A DNA stretch of 64,000 bases from Schizochytrium sp. TIO01 (lineage: Eukaryota > Protista > Bigyra: Labyrinthulomycetes), in NCBI GenBank assembly GCA_004764695.1, contig SMSO01000007.1, forward strand, positions 558,001-622,000, read 5' to 3'. Below, in pieces: positions 26,195 to 40,755 of this stretch; the first letter of the stretch is position 1, and each line of letters starts with the position of its first letter. Position numbers and translations under genes: made by a program. The notes under the pieces were generated by a model. That model was not told the DNA's origin, made no database searches, and saw only the letters and a program-made list of their open reading frames with translations.

Positions 26195-28571
26195 TGCTTC
26201 AGCATTGCTCTGTGAATAATAAGATTGGGTTCACACCAGTGCAGTTAGGCAGGAACCTCGGTATATGACGGACAAAGCGAGGTCTGAAGTTGCTCTTGCT
26301 GGATGCCCGCTCCTGTCCAAGCGCTTTTGTTTGCGACCTTTTGAAACCTCCTCGTCCTCGTCCTCTTCTGCTTGCCTACTACGAGGTCCCACCTTGTCTG
26401 CAGATCGTCGCCTTCCCTCCCTGCTTGTTGCAAGTGATCGGACGGGTTGTGACGAAGGCGCAGAAGAAGAGACAAATGCCAGATCGCGAGAGCGTTGAAA
26501 ATGCACAACTCTTATCAATGAGAAGAGCAGACCGCAGTATATACTAAGTGCCACTACGCAGAACTAGTGCCGCTCCTTTCTCATACACATTAAGTGCCTA
26601 TGATAGGTACTGGGTACTAGATACTCCTGTCTTTACGAACCCGTGTGTTGCTATTCCCACAATAGGCGCTGCTACATCGTATTGACCCTCTCTCTAAAGC
26701 GACTCTGATATAGCTAGGGAGAGCTAAGTACACACCAGGGCGCCGAGAACCCATTCTAAAGGAGAACCAACTATGAAGTGCCAAAATCGAAGGAAGTGAA
26801 TGCTGAGCTCTGAGAGATCCCGGGTTTGGACCGCAGAGGCTTTATCGGTCAGACTTCGACACGGGGATCGATCGTCGTGGCGAATGGCGGGTGCTTTCGC
26901 GAGGCCCTGTCTGTGTATTTACGCTGCCTCGTTGACTGGCTGTGGTGGAGGCGGCGTTGGATTTCTATTGGTCGTCGAATGGTAAGATGCTGATGATCTG
27001 ACATCTTGAAATTGGAATTGACTGGTAGGTTATTAGTTTCATACTTTATTGTGTTTGGGGGTTTAGTTCGAACTGTTCACCTGGCCAAAGGAGAGCAGGG
27101 GGCCAGGGTATTGAGGAGAGCAAACTTGTTGGACCGCGTCGAAGAACCTGCAGCTTTACAGAACCACCATTGAGGTTCATTGGTTCAAGATATGCGTCAC
27201 TAACGCGCGAGCTCTTGAAATGATGCTTAGTAAGGATGGTTCGGCTGGGTGACGTGCCACGCGCTATGTTTTAAGCCTGCTGTATTTCCCTCTAACAAAT
27301 TTCAGTATAACTGTAGAATTGGAGAAAACCTTCTATTATGTGGTTTTTAAACGAAAAAAATACTATCTCTGTCTTTAATTCTAGTTTTCATTTTCAGAAA
27401 TTTGTTCGAAAATTGAATATGCATGAAAGTATCTCCAATTTAATAAAAAATAATTATAGTTACTTTGAAACAACATGAAGATAAAGTTATACAACTTTAA
27501 AATGTTAAGAATTAGTGATTACTATTACTCTTATTATTTGATTTTACTTAGCGTCAAAACATTCTATTATTATGTAAAATTTTAAAGATGCTTTGAAATA
27601 TGAGAGAATAAAAAAGGCCAATTACGAGATTAACATTCAGTCTTTTTTGAATTGCGGTGAAAGAACCCCTTCTTAAAATGCGTGTTTTCTTCCGTCTTTT
27701 TCTCCCTCCTTTCCTAAAAGAAAATATAATTTCAAAAATCAGAAGTAACAATTACGCTATTATCTTTATTAAAAAAAAAAAAAAAAAAAAAAGGCCCAGA
27801 CAGAATTAAAAAAGCGCCACTAACAAGACGGGGGCCTAGCGGCCTCCGTCTAAACCTGCAAAAACGAAGCAGCAGCATCAAATGCCAGAGAAACGGGACC
27901 GCGGCCAGTGGCTCCAGCCTCTGCTACGTGTTTTCCTGCTGTTACACGCGAACTTGGAGTGCTGGCGCAGCGAGGGTTTCTTTCATGCCACCTTGCCCCA
28001 GCATCCTCGTTCGACTGTGCTCTGGTTCCGCCCGGTGAAGCGATCTCCAAGATGCTACAATGTCCGCGTAAGTCGGAGCGCTGGACCTTTCGCCAAGTGA
28101 GGTAGTTGGACCAACAACATGAACAACGCGTACGATACCAGCTACTCTTTATCATCATCAGAGGAACTCGAATGTCCAGAAGACAAAAAGAGGGAAGAGA
28201 AAACAGGAAGAAAAGAAAGCAATTGTTTCTGATAAATAAATAAAACTTTAATGCAGTTTTAATGCAGTCTTTAATATCTCTTTTTCAAAAAAGGATATAT
28301 TTAGGTCTTTTTACTGCTGAACTAAGAGCTGTTAGGTTCTTTTTGGAAAGATAGGGGAAAAGAGCCTTTGGAGGCTGGTTCAAACTCTTGTCCGGATCAT
28401 TTCCTTTCCAACTTAATGACGCGTTCGGCTGGACCAATTGGTGCCACTCTTGCGTTGCCCAAATCTCCAGTCGACACCATTCCGGCCAACGGAAGAAGAA
28501 GGCATCAGAGAGCGCCCAGAGAGGGCGCTAAAGGCGAAGGGGGCCTGAGTTCTTCTTGCTTGCTTAGTGCT

Positions 28572-28697
28572 GTTTGTTTGTTTGTTTGTTTGTTTGTTTG
28601 TTTGTTTGTTTGTTTGTTTGTTTGTTTGTTTGTTTGTTTGCTTTGTTTGTTTGTTTGTTTGTTTGTTTGTTTGTTTGTTTGTTTGTTTGTTTGTTTG
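28572..28697. repeat. (GTTT)n microsatellite
   Basis: Direct reading; one interruption. Confidence 0.97.
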
Positions 28698-29109
28698 CTT
28701 TCGTGCGCATTCATAGAGCAGGTGTGTGCTCTTCCGCCAGGCCTCGAGCCTTTTCTGCGATGAGTTCTTAGTTCTTTCTCTGCGCGTCTGCCTGTCTTTC
28801 TGTTGGTCTGTCTGTCTATATGTTCAAAACGTTTATTTTCTTGACTTTCTTTGCCCTCTAAGGATCCTGGGCGAAGAAGAGAGGGGAATGGTCTCAAGGA
28901 GGTGGACCTTATGAGCACTTGTTGGAGGCATTTTTTATTTTTCTCCCTGAGTTCTTTTGACCGGGCTCACTATGGGGGTATTCTTTTTTGTTTAAAGTTT
29001 TCTTTTTAATCAATTTTTTTATACATTTTTTTAAAGAAATTGCTTAAAAAAACAATTTACAATTTACAATAATAATGATGAATTAGGACAATAATAAATA
29101 GATTAACAA

Positions 29110-29493
<384 letters not shown>

Positions 29494-32400
29494 AACCTCT
29501 AAATTTTAGTGCCCTTTTTTAATCGACGATTGAAAATATTGTTTTGTTGTTGTTTTACTGTGCTGGCTCGCACGATGAAAAGAGAGTTCGTTCAAGGTAG
29601 TTCGTTCCACGGCCTCTCGTTATTGTACACTGTAGTAATACGAAGCTCATGTCTGTGATGCTTTCACAGTCTTGAGGGTGGATCGCATAACTTAGCAGGC
29701 AGTCAGCGGGAAACCGCGAAGAATCTTCGAACGCAGCTGTCTCTCAGCACGGCCAGAACATTGCCAGAACATTTTTGAAAGATGCTAGTTATGTATCTAG
29801 TCGCAGTTAGTCAACGCATAACGTGACGCCAGTCATGCGCAAGTCAATGTCGTGCCCGTGCACGACATCTATTGTGGTGTCTTTATTTTCACTTCAGAGT
29901 TTGTTTTTTTTTTTTCTGATTAGAGAATGCTGAAAGGGGATCACCTATACAGATATATAATTACCCACAATAGTACGATTTAAATTAAATTTGTGCGATT
30001 GATTGGTAGATATAGATACATGGATAGATATAGATTCACCCTTTACTTCTGTTTTGTTGATTTGTTGATAAGAACGCAAGGGGTGGACGGGCCGCTGAGA
30101 GGAGGGAAGCAGATATTGCGAAAGCCTCTCTCTCGACACTGAGATGCCGCCAATATCTGCCCAGTTGTCCTATTTGCACATCCAGGTTCGTTTGGAATAA
30201 ATTTTGGTTATCTGCTTCCCTTAAAAAGTCAAAAGACGAATCCAAGTCCCCTAGTTTCCAAAATGTTCTCCTTATCGACTTCGCAATGGTTGATTTCGTG
30301 CTGCATTCCCCCTTTTTAGATCAGGTTCCAATTGTTGGAGATAACTATATTGATCATAGATAACATCGCATATATAAATACTTTTGTTTTAAGTTAACAA
30401 AAGCAATAAAAATGTTTTATAATTTAGAAAAGGAAAGAAGCAAAAAAGGACAAAAGAAAAACAGGAAGTGTAGAACATAACTTTTCAAATAATTTATAGC
30501 CCTTGTTTTTTTCTAGCGGATCGATTTTCGAGGTTCATGGTGGGTTTGTTAGTCTCAGTCAAAGCGAATGTCTCTTACTTTATTTTTTTTCTTTTTCTTT
30601 TCCTTCTCCTTCTTCGTGACTGCAAAAACTTCAGCCGTCCTACGCCAATCCTCTATTTTTGTTCCTGTCGACGGTGCTCTGATGGTTCCTGCACAGCGAC
30701 GGCCTGTCAAACAAACGATTAAACTGAGAGCCGTGTCGATAGGCTGCCTATTATGCCTTCCAGAGGGCGTCGTCCTAGCTTTGCTCTTATTATCGTGCGA
30801 CTTGTAAGAGTGTGGTTCCAACTATGAGAAGGCAGGCAGCACTCTTAGTGCGGTGATAGGCACTTCCTAACACTGCACACTCCTTGCTATCCTGTATATT
30901 TTCGTAGTATTGCACTGAGAGAGAGGACTTTTGTTTTTTGTTATTGAGATGAGGAAGGAATTACATGCAAGAAGCAAAAAGAAAGGAGAAACTTGCTGGT
31001 TGGCCTATCAGGTGGCATCCAGGAAATCAGCTTTACTCTCTGTCCCCCTTCTGTTTCTCTTCTCTCGAATAGTAGTTGCTAGAGCTCAATCGAATGGGGT
31101 TCGTTTGTAACAGAGTTAGAGGACAATTCATTTACTTTACTCTTATTCATTCGCTCATCCCTATACTCTGTCTCAACAAACAAAGAAACAAACAAAAGAT
31201 AGAGAAGAAAGCTGATTATTTTAAAGTAAAAGTACTAGAGCTGCTTTAGAACTGATAGTAAACTCACCACAAAACTAACTAAGATCGCTCATGAAACAAG
31301 CGCGGGCTCCTCCCCCGATGACCTAGAGTGAGTGCTGCCGTGTCTTGAGAAGAAAGAAAAGGCTGCGCCGAGCTTGTCCGCAACTCAGTGCTACAGCTTC
31401 GCTCGGGTTTGGGTCTAGAAAGTCCGAGGAAGAGTGGCCTGAGAAAAGACAATAGGAAGAGGGAGCCAGCCCTGGGTTTGGATATTTACTCTTTTGATTC
31501 CTTCGTTTTGTATACTACATTATAATTTAATTAAAAAAAAAAAAAAAAAGTGCGCATACATTTATTTATATAGATAGGCCTGCATCTATTTCCTATTTTT
31601 AGGTTTACATGTAAGAGAGTACAGACAGACTGACAGACAGATACAAAATGGCAAACGGGTTAGCGTACAATGGGAGTTTGGTTTACTTCGCCACGGTTCG
31701 AAAACCGGAGTGAGGACTGCTGTTCCATCCACCCCCGTCGCAAGCAGCTGACGCATCAAACGAAGCCTTGGGCGGACGCCTCCACTCTCTCCAGCCGGCA
31801 GCCCGCTGAGCCAGGAAGGAAACGCACGTGAATCAGATCCGAAGGCCGGCAGCGAGATTTTCCATCGTGAGCTGGCGATTGCATCGGTTCGCCTGTTTCT
31901 GCTGGAATGACTGAGAGGGCCTTCAAGTTGGCGAAATGGCTCGAACCAGCAATGCACATCTTTTGGCCCTGCGAGATCGAGGCTCTCGCGAGAATCGGTC
32001 GGGCTCTTCTGCGGCGAGGGCAGAGCGATCGATCTCTGTCTGCCGTAGCTAACCTCCGGTCTCGGGCACAGCAGATCCGCATGAACAGGCTGCATTGCAG
32101 GGGAGCTCCAAGTCTCGTCTGCAGCCACTGGTTCCTGTGAAGCCGACTGTGTAATTGATGAGAGTAGCCAGGAAGAAATCAGGTCTCCCTCTTGTAAAAA
32201 CCGTGGCAGATGCCCTCTTGGCTGATGGGTGGGAGCAAGTCGGATAGCATTACGCACTGCTACGCAACCCAAAGTGCAGCAGGTATCCGAGTTTCCGGAT
32301 CAGATTCGTTTATGCCTTTTCACTTTCGTTCATTTTTCAGGAAGATCTTTCTCCTTTCTTTCTTCTTCTACGCTTTCAACGAAATGTGCTGTCGCTGAAT

Positions 32401-35400
32401 TGTTGTTTGTCTCTCCTCTTTAGCATGCAAAAATTAAATTAAAATTCAGCAGGGTTCCTCTTTTTTAAAGGTTGAAGTGTTAAAATATATTAGTTGAAGA
32501 ATAGAATCTTTCAACAATTAGGTTTTACTTTTTCTATCTATTGAGCAGCAAAACGCATGTCATTTAAAATAAAGTAAACAAAGAATAAATCAATTAAAGA
32601 AAGATGTGACTTTCTTCCCACTATTAAAAAATGAAAAAGCTTTTATTATTACATTATTTTTTATTTAAAAGTTTATTTTGGTCTTAAAATAAAATAAAAG
32701 TAGCTTATTTTTAAATTCAAATGACTTTCTAAAATTTATTAAAATTTTGTTTTTAAATTTCCCCCTGAAAAGACTATTTATTATAAAGGGAATGATTTTT
32801 TGAAACTAATAAAAAGGAATGACCTCCTTTTGGTTTTAATTTATAGAAACGGTACTGAATCGGAAACCGGGAACGTTCATTTTGAGAACTTTCGCAATAC
32901 ATAATTTAAAAAAAAAAAAAAAAAAAACTTTGAAAGACGAGCCCCATCCTTCTTCCTCTTCTATCAAAGCACGTTCCAAAACTTGAAAACTCTGGACATG
33001 CCGAAGAAGCTAGCCAGCTACCTACTAGCTTTCAACTTTGTAATTATTTAATTAATGAAAATATTCAACAAAAAACAAAAAACAATAGAAAAAAGTAACA
33101 AGTAGCGAGTAATAACTGGCTGATAACAACGCTGGCGCAGCAGAGAATTCTCTGCAAAGCGCGCCTTTAGAAAGCCTTTTGGAAAGGCCACAGAGCCCAC
33201 ACAACACGAAGAAACACCTTTCTTTGGCGGCGAATATCGACGCTGCTTACTTACTTACTTCTTACTTACTACCTTTCGGTGCTGCCTCTTCAATCTCAGT
33301 TGGAGCAGCGCAGTATTTATTCCAAAAGTAAACTGCGAGGGCCGCGCGCCTTCCACACCTGAGATGGCGCGCGACGGCGTGGCTGCGAGAGACAGACCGA
33401 CAGCGAAGCGAAACGGAGCTGAGGGAGGGCTGAGGCCTCGGCGCCTCAGGTTCCGCACTCGTTCCGCGCCGCCTTCGTCTCCTTCTTGTTCATTACTGCT
33501 CGTTTCGTTCTGGCCAAACGAGCTTTCTTTCGCCTTTTGTTTCGAAATTGATTCGGTAAGACCCACCTACGGCCTGCTAGCCATCTATCTTAGCCACCCT
33601 CGATCACAATCATCCACCGGAGAGAGAGAGAGAGAGACCTTGTAAGAACCTTTGGACTGGCAGAACAGACGCGAAACCGGGAAACGTGCGAGGTAGATAG
33701 GCCGCTCGCTGTATACGCAGACTGTTTACGCAACAGAGCTCCACCAGTTGATCATTTCGCTCGCTCGCTCGCTCGTTCATTCATGAACACATCTCGCAAT
33801 AGGTATCTTATCTATCTGGGACCTCCTTCAGTAAAAGTAGAAGAATTCATTTGGTTCCCAAAGCAAAGATCGGAATGGGGCTTCTAGAGAGCAGTAAATG
33901 GATGCTATGCGTGATGGATGTATACTATTTATGTATGTATGTTTGTATATATGCAGTTAGTTACCTTTTGAGCTTTGAGCTTTGAGCTTTGAAGCCTGCA
34001 GGTTTGATCTATCATTGAATGGATGGGACAGGCAATACATGCAAATGCCAGAGGCGAGCGAGGAGCATCTGTGTGACAATCCATGCATATGCGTCCATCT
34101 ATGGCACAAGGCGTCCTGGCACAAGGATTGAGAATGGGTTCTCAAGGCCAGTTAAAAATACGCCTCGTGCATTTCTTTGTATGCATCTATGCATCTATGC
34201 ATCATCTAGTTCATCTCTCTTCGCAGAGTTGGAGTCTGCGAGTGATTGATCGAGGGATCTCAATCAATCGAGCCTTTGTTTGCTTCATACGTTGAAGGCC
34301 TTCGGCTCGCGTGAAAAGACAGACCTATGGAAGCGTTTCCTTCCCACATTCAGCTTGACGAATCATGAAGGGAGCTTGTTAACGTGCTCAAGTCAAGTTG
34401 GGCTCGTGCTACAGATGCCGAACGTGGATTCGCTTCTTGCTCGTTCAATACTGTTTGGTTGTTTGGTTGTTTGGTTGCTGTGAGTTGGTTCCATCGGTGG
34501 GTTGGTTGCATGGACTTTTTTGATCCCCGAGAGCTTTCCAATGGAGCCGAACGAGAGCCATCAGCACCTGTTTGGAGAACTAGCTCGCTATAGAGGTGGA
34601 GAACTACTCGAAGAGAACCTTGCGCTGTGGCTTGCGTTTTGAAGGTTGTCAACCTTTGAACAGAGAAGTTTAAGGGGGCAGGCGGCATCCTGGAAGCTGC
34701 TCTCGCTAGTGGTTTGAGCACGAGAAGAGGCGAGGAAAGGCCGGCCTCGCATCGGCTGGCGGTTGAATGCATTCGATGCACACCTACGAAACACGAGCAC
34801 GCACCAACGCACTCATTTCAACCAAGAAGAAGCATTGCAGTTGCTCTGAAGCAGTTCCTACGTGTTCCCACGCTTGCATGCCCTCTGGGCTGCAGGCCAA
34901 AACTCAGTTACCATAGTCGATGCTGGGCAAGCGAGTACCTACGCTTGCATGCAGGGCAGATGACCTCTGGGCTGGAGGGCAAAACAAAGTTACCATGGTC
35001 GATGCTGAGCAAGCGAGTACTGTAGGAAACCTTGCGAGAGACTCTAATGATTGAGCTGCTGCGAATTGATTGCTGTCTCGTCGCAATCGGATTCGCTATA
35101 AATGTAACATTGCCCAGATATTTTTCAACACTATCCCAAAAGTAATCCTTTAAAAAATGTTTTATTGGTCATTTGTTTTACTACACTGTTTGAGGGAACT
35201 TTGGACCTTAATCTTCGTGAAGCTATTCCGTCGTCTTCGGCGTGACTGAGGCTAGGTCGGAACTTGAAGTCACGGATAACCTCACGCATGTCCGGTGAAT
35301 CGCACCAAAGCTTTGTTTTATGGGTGCTCTTTTTTGTTTTTTGCTTTTTACAAAGCTCCTCTCGAGCTCCTCCCACTTCTCCGCTTTTAATCGTGCAATT

Positions 35401-38400
35401 GCATATTCGCTTGGTTGGAAGCGAGCTTCGAGCCAGCTGGAAAGAGAGTCCCCGCGGCCGACCCAGGAGAACGCAAACGCATTGCACTGGACTTCGCACG
35501 CTCGCAACTGAATAACTAACAGCTTGACTCTAGAAATGTTCAGAAAGTAAACCATAAGACCCCTGAGTTTCTTGCCTATGTTCGAGCTCCCTTGAAGACA
35601 ATCTACTGGACTTGAGCAAATAGAATTGCCTCACCTCATTCCCCAAGTGGTAAAGTTTGGCAAAGTTGGGATGCTCAGTGAGCCTGTTGTACATGCATAA
35701 AAGATTCTTCAAAACTCCTAAGCTCGTAAAAGAGATCCAAGATGCACTTCAGGTGGTTCGTTCAAATATATTCACAAATCTTTCATTAAATGAGCGTGAC
35801 TGTCTAACGGTATATGTTTGCGGCCGTTGAGGTGCACATTTTCGACCTCAATTATGATGCAGGCCGAATTAATCATCTCTGAAGTAATTCACCAAAATTT
35901 CGCCTGATTCTCAAAATGTATGACTTTCGTATTTATGATCGTCCTTTCTTTGATCAAAAGGCTTTCCAGCCTCCTGTAACTGGAAAACATCAGCGGAGAG
36001 TATTATTTATACAACCATGGTCTCATGTATAACTTCCAACTCATAGTATGGTCTGCTACGCGCATATTCTACAGCTGTTAGCGCTGTCACAGAAATACTT
36101 CCTCCAAAAAAAATAGCTAAATACTCACTCTCCTCAATACGATTCATCTTCTCCATCAACGAATTTGGTGTAGAGAGATGCTCTCTTCAATAAGAGCTCG
36201 CTCATTTGTCCCAGAAGCTGCTAAAACAGAAGTAGTCTTTACTATCATTGAAATCAATTATTTGTAATCGCTGTATTTTTAACTCTTTACAAAGTTGACC
36301 CGGACCGCAACAGTATCTTCAAGTAAACTAACAACAACACAGATTGACAATAAAGGAAACGACATTGCTGCCTTTATCGGACATACTTGGTGACAGCTGG
36401 CTTTCGTCAACCATATTTGTCATGCATTGGCTAGTTAAGTTTGTTCGAATACGTGTATTGCTTTATAATTATAAATATATCAATAGCTTGGTCTTGTATT
36501 AATATTTTACTTCTGGAAGCTGAACAAGGAACGACAGAATCAAGGTGTAAACCCTCCCCTCAAGAATATGTGTATGGTGAAATCTATAAAAAGAACTATT
36601 AATTATTTTTCCAAGTCCAAGAATTGCTGCCTCAACTTCCGAAGCTGCTTCCTTTCTGCATATTCCCACTTGTTCCTATACAAGGTTCACTGACTGAAGA
36701 TAAAGAAAGTTGGCGTAAAAGTGAGTCATTGTAATGAATGAACAAAGCGTCTTCAGAGAAAGACATATGATTTTATGATTCTCAGAATGCCAAGGAAATA
36801 AATGAGTATTTTATTACTGAAATCCATCAATGAAACTGCTATTGAACTTGTCTTTTATCTCTTTATCTTTGACATCACAAGCATTTTTGAAATAGAACCA
36901 TATTGCTCCTTTATAAAAAAAGAAGCTTCGGACACAAAAGTACAAATAGCAGAAACTCTACTCATGTATTATGAACCGAAGATCAAATTAAAGAACGCAG
37001 TGCTATACTACCAGCCAGAAGTGATATCAGAATTCATGGCAGAAGTTGAGATTGAGGCTTGTCCCTGACCTTTTATAGTAGCGCAAACTGGATAGATTAA
37101 AGTCGTTTGGGCTTCTCTTACTTCAGTGCTGGTTCTTCATGATTCTACGCTACACATCGGTCCCGTCCTGGCTTTATTTATTCCATCTAAGGTCAGCAAA
37201 GTTCTCCAACAAGGGATATTATATCTTGTGAATTGCCGCAAATAAGCCACATTGAGAGTCCAGTACTCAGAAAACTATTGATTATCCAAGATTGGGAATT
37301 AAAGAGTTTTTGTCAAAATGTAGATGATATAGTTTGGTTGAGAACGGGGTTTATACGATGAGCAATATAATGCTTGGCAGTCGTATGGTGTAGGAATATT
37401 AGCATACAAGTTTTTCTTGCCTATCACATTTTATATAATTTATCTAATTAAGTGGACAATAAGAGCTCTGTTTGGTATGTTGAGCGATTGCCTAACAACA
37501 TGCGCATCACTTTAAAAGAGCTTTCAACAAAAGTTTATGTGATTCGGAAATCTTTGCATCACATCATTGCAATAATATAAACAGCAAATACGCTGGATTG
37601 GTACAGCTACGCTTAAGAGTAAAAACAGTCAAGCAAGTACTAGGCATTGGAAGACCAAAAACGTATTTTAATGATGCTGTAAACTGTTCATCATTCAATC
37701 ACCAAATCAGTATTGTATGTTACAGCAAATCCGGGTTCCGAAATATACTCTACTCCGACAAATGCTCATTATTATTCATAGGATATAAAGAACAGTATTC
37801 AAGAGTGAATGGCATATAACATAAAATCTTTCATTTTAAAGGCGCGGAATTCAGAAATTATAGACTTTATTTAAAATTAATGCGGAGCGAGAAGGAAGTT
37901 TAGATAAAAAGATTTAAATAACCAATGCTTTCAACTCCTAGTAACGAATGCTTAAAGATAAGTCGGGTCAGCAAGAGGTTTGGTAAGGGCTTAGAAAGAA
38001 CGGCTTGTAAATATTCGGTAATTTTAGCTTTCAGATGTCTATAAATATTTGGATTCCAAGGCCAGTTCATTCATGTTACTATTAGGAGACCGAGAAAGAC
38101 TTGATCTGTGCTAGATCTTATTTACAAGCTTAGGTTAACTCGTCTCTTCAACCATTAATTTAGATCCCACCATACTTAATTTTAGCGAATGTGTATACAC
38201 ATTTTTGGTTTGTGGGTTCAGAACCACGCAAGTCAGATAGCCTAGTTCATTTTCAGTACAAGTCCTTCATGGTTATTGAGGTCCATGCCAGAACTTTAGT
38301 AATGTCTCGCTCACAAATTCATTGAATACTATTATGATCTCGGCAACACATGTGTACCGTGAGGCTAAAGCATTCGATATATCATTGACACCAACCCAAT

Positions 38401-40716
38401 TCGGCAAAACCAGCTGCATATGATTTGCTCCTCCTTGCTTTGAGCAGCATCAACACTTTGACTGTGAACAGCAGATTCAGTTCAGTAGCGTTCTTGTGTA
38501 ATGGTATTGTATAGAACTATTCAAACCAGTGTATGTCCCTCTTTGATTTCATATCCAAAGTTAAATTTCTATCATCAGGACGGAATGCCAGAGAGGATAT
38601 GGAGAACCAACTCATTGATGGGATGATTCAGCATAGCGCAGGTGTTTTCCCTCATTAGCTAGAATTAAATCTGATTACACATAAACCCATTGATATTATC
38701 ATGTCTATAAAACTCTTATATTTCCAAGAATAGTGTGCGCCGCTATATCTTTTAGTGTGGGGGGATGAGTTTCAAGTAGATAATAACCTCTTCTTCAAAC
38801 AGTAGTAAATGAACCGACAGTCCATGTGGGGAGTTTTTGGAAACTCCCACAGCGGAAACATTATAATGTCAGTATTCATTTTTTAGATCAGCTTTTAAAA
38901 ACATTTTAAATGGTCACGAGTGGTTTTTATACTTTTAAATAGGTTTTTAAAGGGTCCTTACATTAAAAATAAATTCTTTTATTTAAAAAGATATTTCGAA
39001 CTTTTGAGTTTTGGTTTCGATGTCTTAAAAGTAAAAATATTTTTATTGTTAAAAGAAGTTGCATTCGCCAGAATACTTTAGCATGTTGTTCACAGAAAAA
39101 GATTAGAACCTGATATTTGTTCTTAAAAAGTTTAAAATATTCTTATTCTTATTATTTATATTTGTATTATATATGGAGGACATTTCATAAAACCTATATA
39201 GAACAGAGCACGCTATAAAATATTTATGGGTGCTGATCTCAATTAGTTCTGCCTATGGGTCTCTATCCATATGGTGATTAGAAACGAAGAGATGCATTGT
39301 TGGTTGATGCTTTATTCATTTGTATGTAGAAAATATAAAGCAGAAGAAGCGGATCAGGGAGAGTCCAACCAGCACAAGGATTCAGGTATAACTAATTATA
39401 TACTGGATTCATCAAATCTAATGATCGTTGTAAACAAAAAGTTCTGAAAGAGAATATACCTATGCATATTTTAAAATTCCTACGACGACACTTTGGCAAA
39501 AGGTCAGCGATAATTTTTCTTTTATTAAAGTTTTCATCAAGTTTTCTTAACGGTTGAAAAGGTAACTGCCCTATTAGATGTAACACAAAGCGGCTTTCCT
39601 CTATCCTGATTCTCGGTTATGGCGAAATGGTGGCGGATGACAGCTATACTGTAATTTCTTTGTTTCGGTTAAATCCCATAATTCGCGTGTTTCAAAGTGT
39701 CTGCACATGGGTTCACCTTTGTCGGTACAACCCTTTGCAACTCGTACGAAGTCTTCTTAGCAGTCTTACTATGGAACAGTCCCCAACATTTTTTCTATTT
39801 GATTCTCTTAAAGCAATCAGAGCTAGCTGGCCGAATTGTTTGGAGCAATATTTGTACCTAGAGAAGAAAGAATTAACCCGAAGAATGAGAATAAAGCGCT
39901 GGTCGCGGTAGTTATAAATCGGTTCGAGCACATACGTTAAACTACAGGTTTTATTTATCTATTTATTTGTTCAGTGGCCATCCCGGAAAAGGAAAGAAAG
40001 AATCCGCGTAAACATAAATTATTAAAAAAAAATATGGGAGGGAGAGAGAAAGTAAAAAATGAAATACGGTTCAAATATTTTCACCAGGCAAATAGCCCTA
40101 AACTTCTTGACTAGGGAGTGAGTGATTCACAAAAGATGGTGATGGCCATCTTCTTACTAGGCCCAGTGCTTAGAGTCTGATAGAGAGAAATTACCATTAC
40201 TTCTCTCTCTAAGAAGCTGTTGAAAATCCTGGTTTTAGGTTCTTGAAAGTCCAGCTTTGCTAACCACTATCATTCTTGAATGGCGTTCATGACGTAAGAA
40301 AGGATTGATTGGTGAGATGGCGTAGATGGCAGCGGCCTCCTTCAACTGTTGACAGAGAGCGAGCGAGAGAGAGAGAGACGTATCGGTGCAATTTACAAAA
40401 AAAGAAAAAAGGCCAGCAGCTCCGCATGGATCATTTCGATTGGTAGATATCTAGTTAGAGTTGTTTAGCATGCTAGGAGGAGACCCTCTGCTCAGTGCAA
40501 GAACAGCCAAGCAAGACTTTAAAGTAGTACCTGGTACCGCTTCTATACTCATTATCGCGCTGAGCGGAGGGTCCGCTCCTAGCCCCGCTTATATGCTTTC
40601 TACGCGTTCTTCAGAAGGCCAGCTTTCTACCTAGCGACCCTTTTACTCCATCAAGATGAACTCTGCCCTCGTTTTGCTTGCCAGCCAGGTAATGCAGTAC
40701 AAAACTTTCACGAGCA

Positions 40717-40755
40717 GCCAACCAACCAACCAACCAACCAACCAACCAACCAACC
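40717..40755. repeat. (AACC)n microsatellite
   Basis: Direct reading. Confidence 0.9.

Noticed and set aside
31657-31708. A-box/B-box-like motifs (TAGCGTACAATGG ... GGTTCGAAAACC) suggesting a tRNA or SINE
   Set aside because: Spacing is too short and no acceptor or anticodon stems can be formed.
31586-32272. 228-aa minus-strand ORF
   Set aside because: Non-ATG start, no motif, overlapping ORFs on both strands in a GC-rich block; unsupported.
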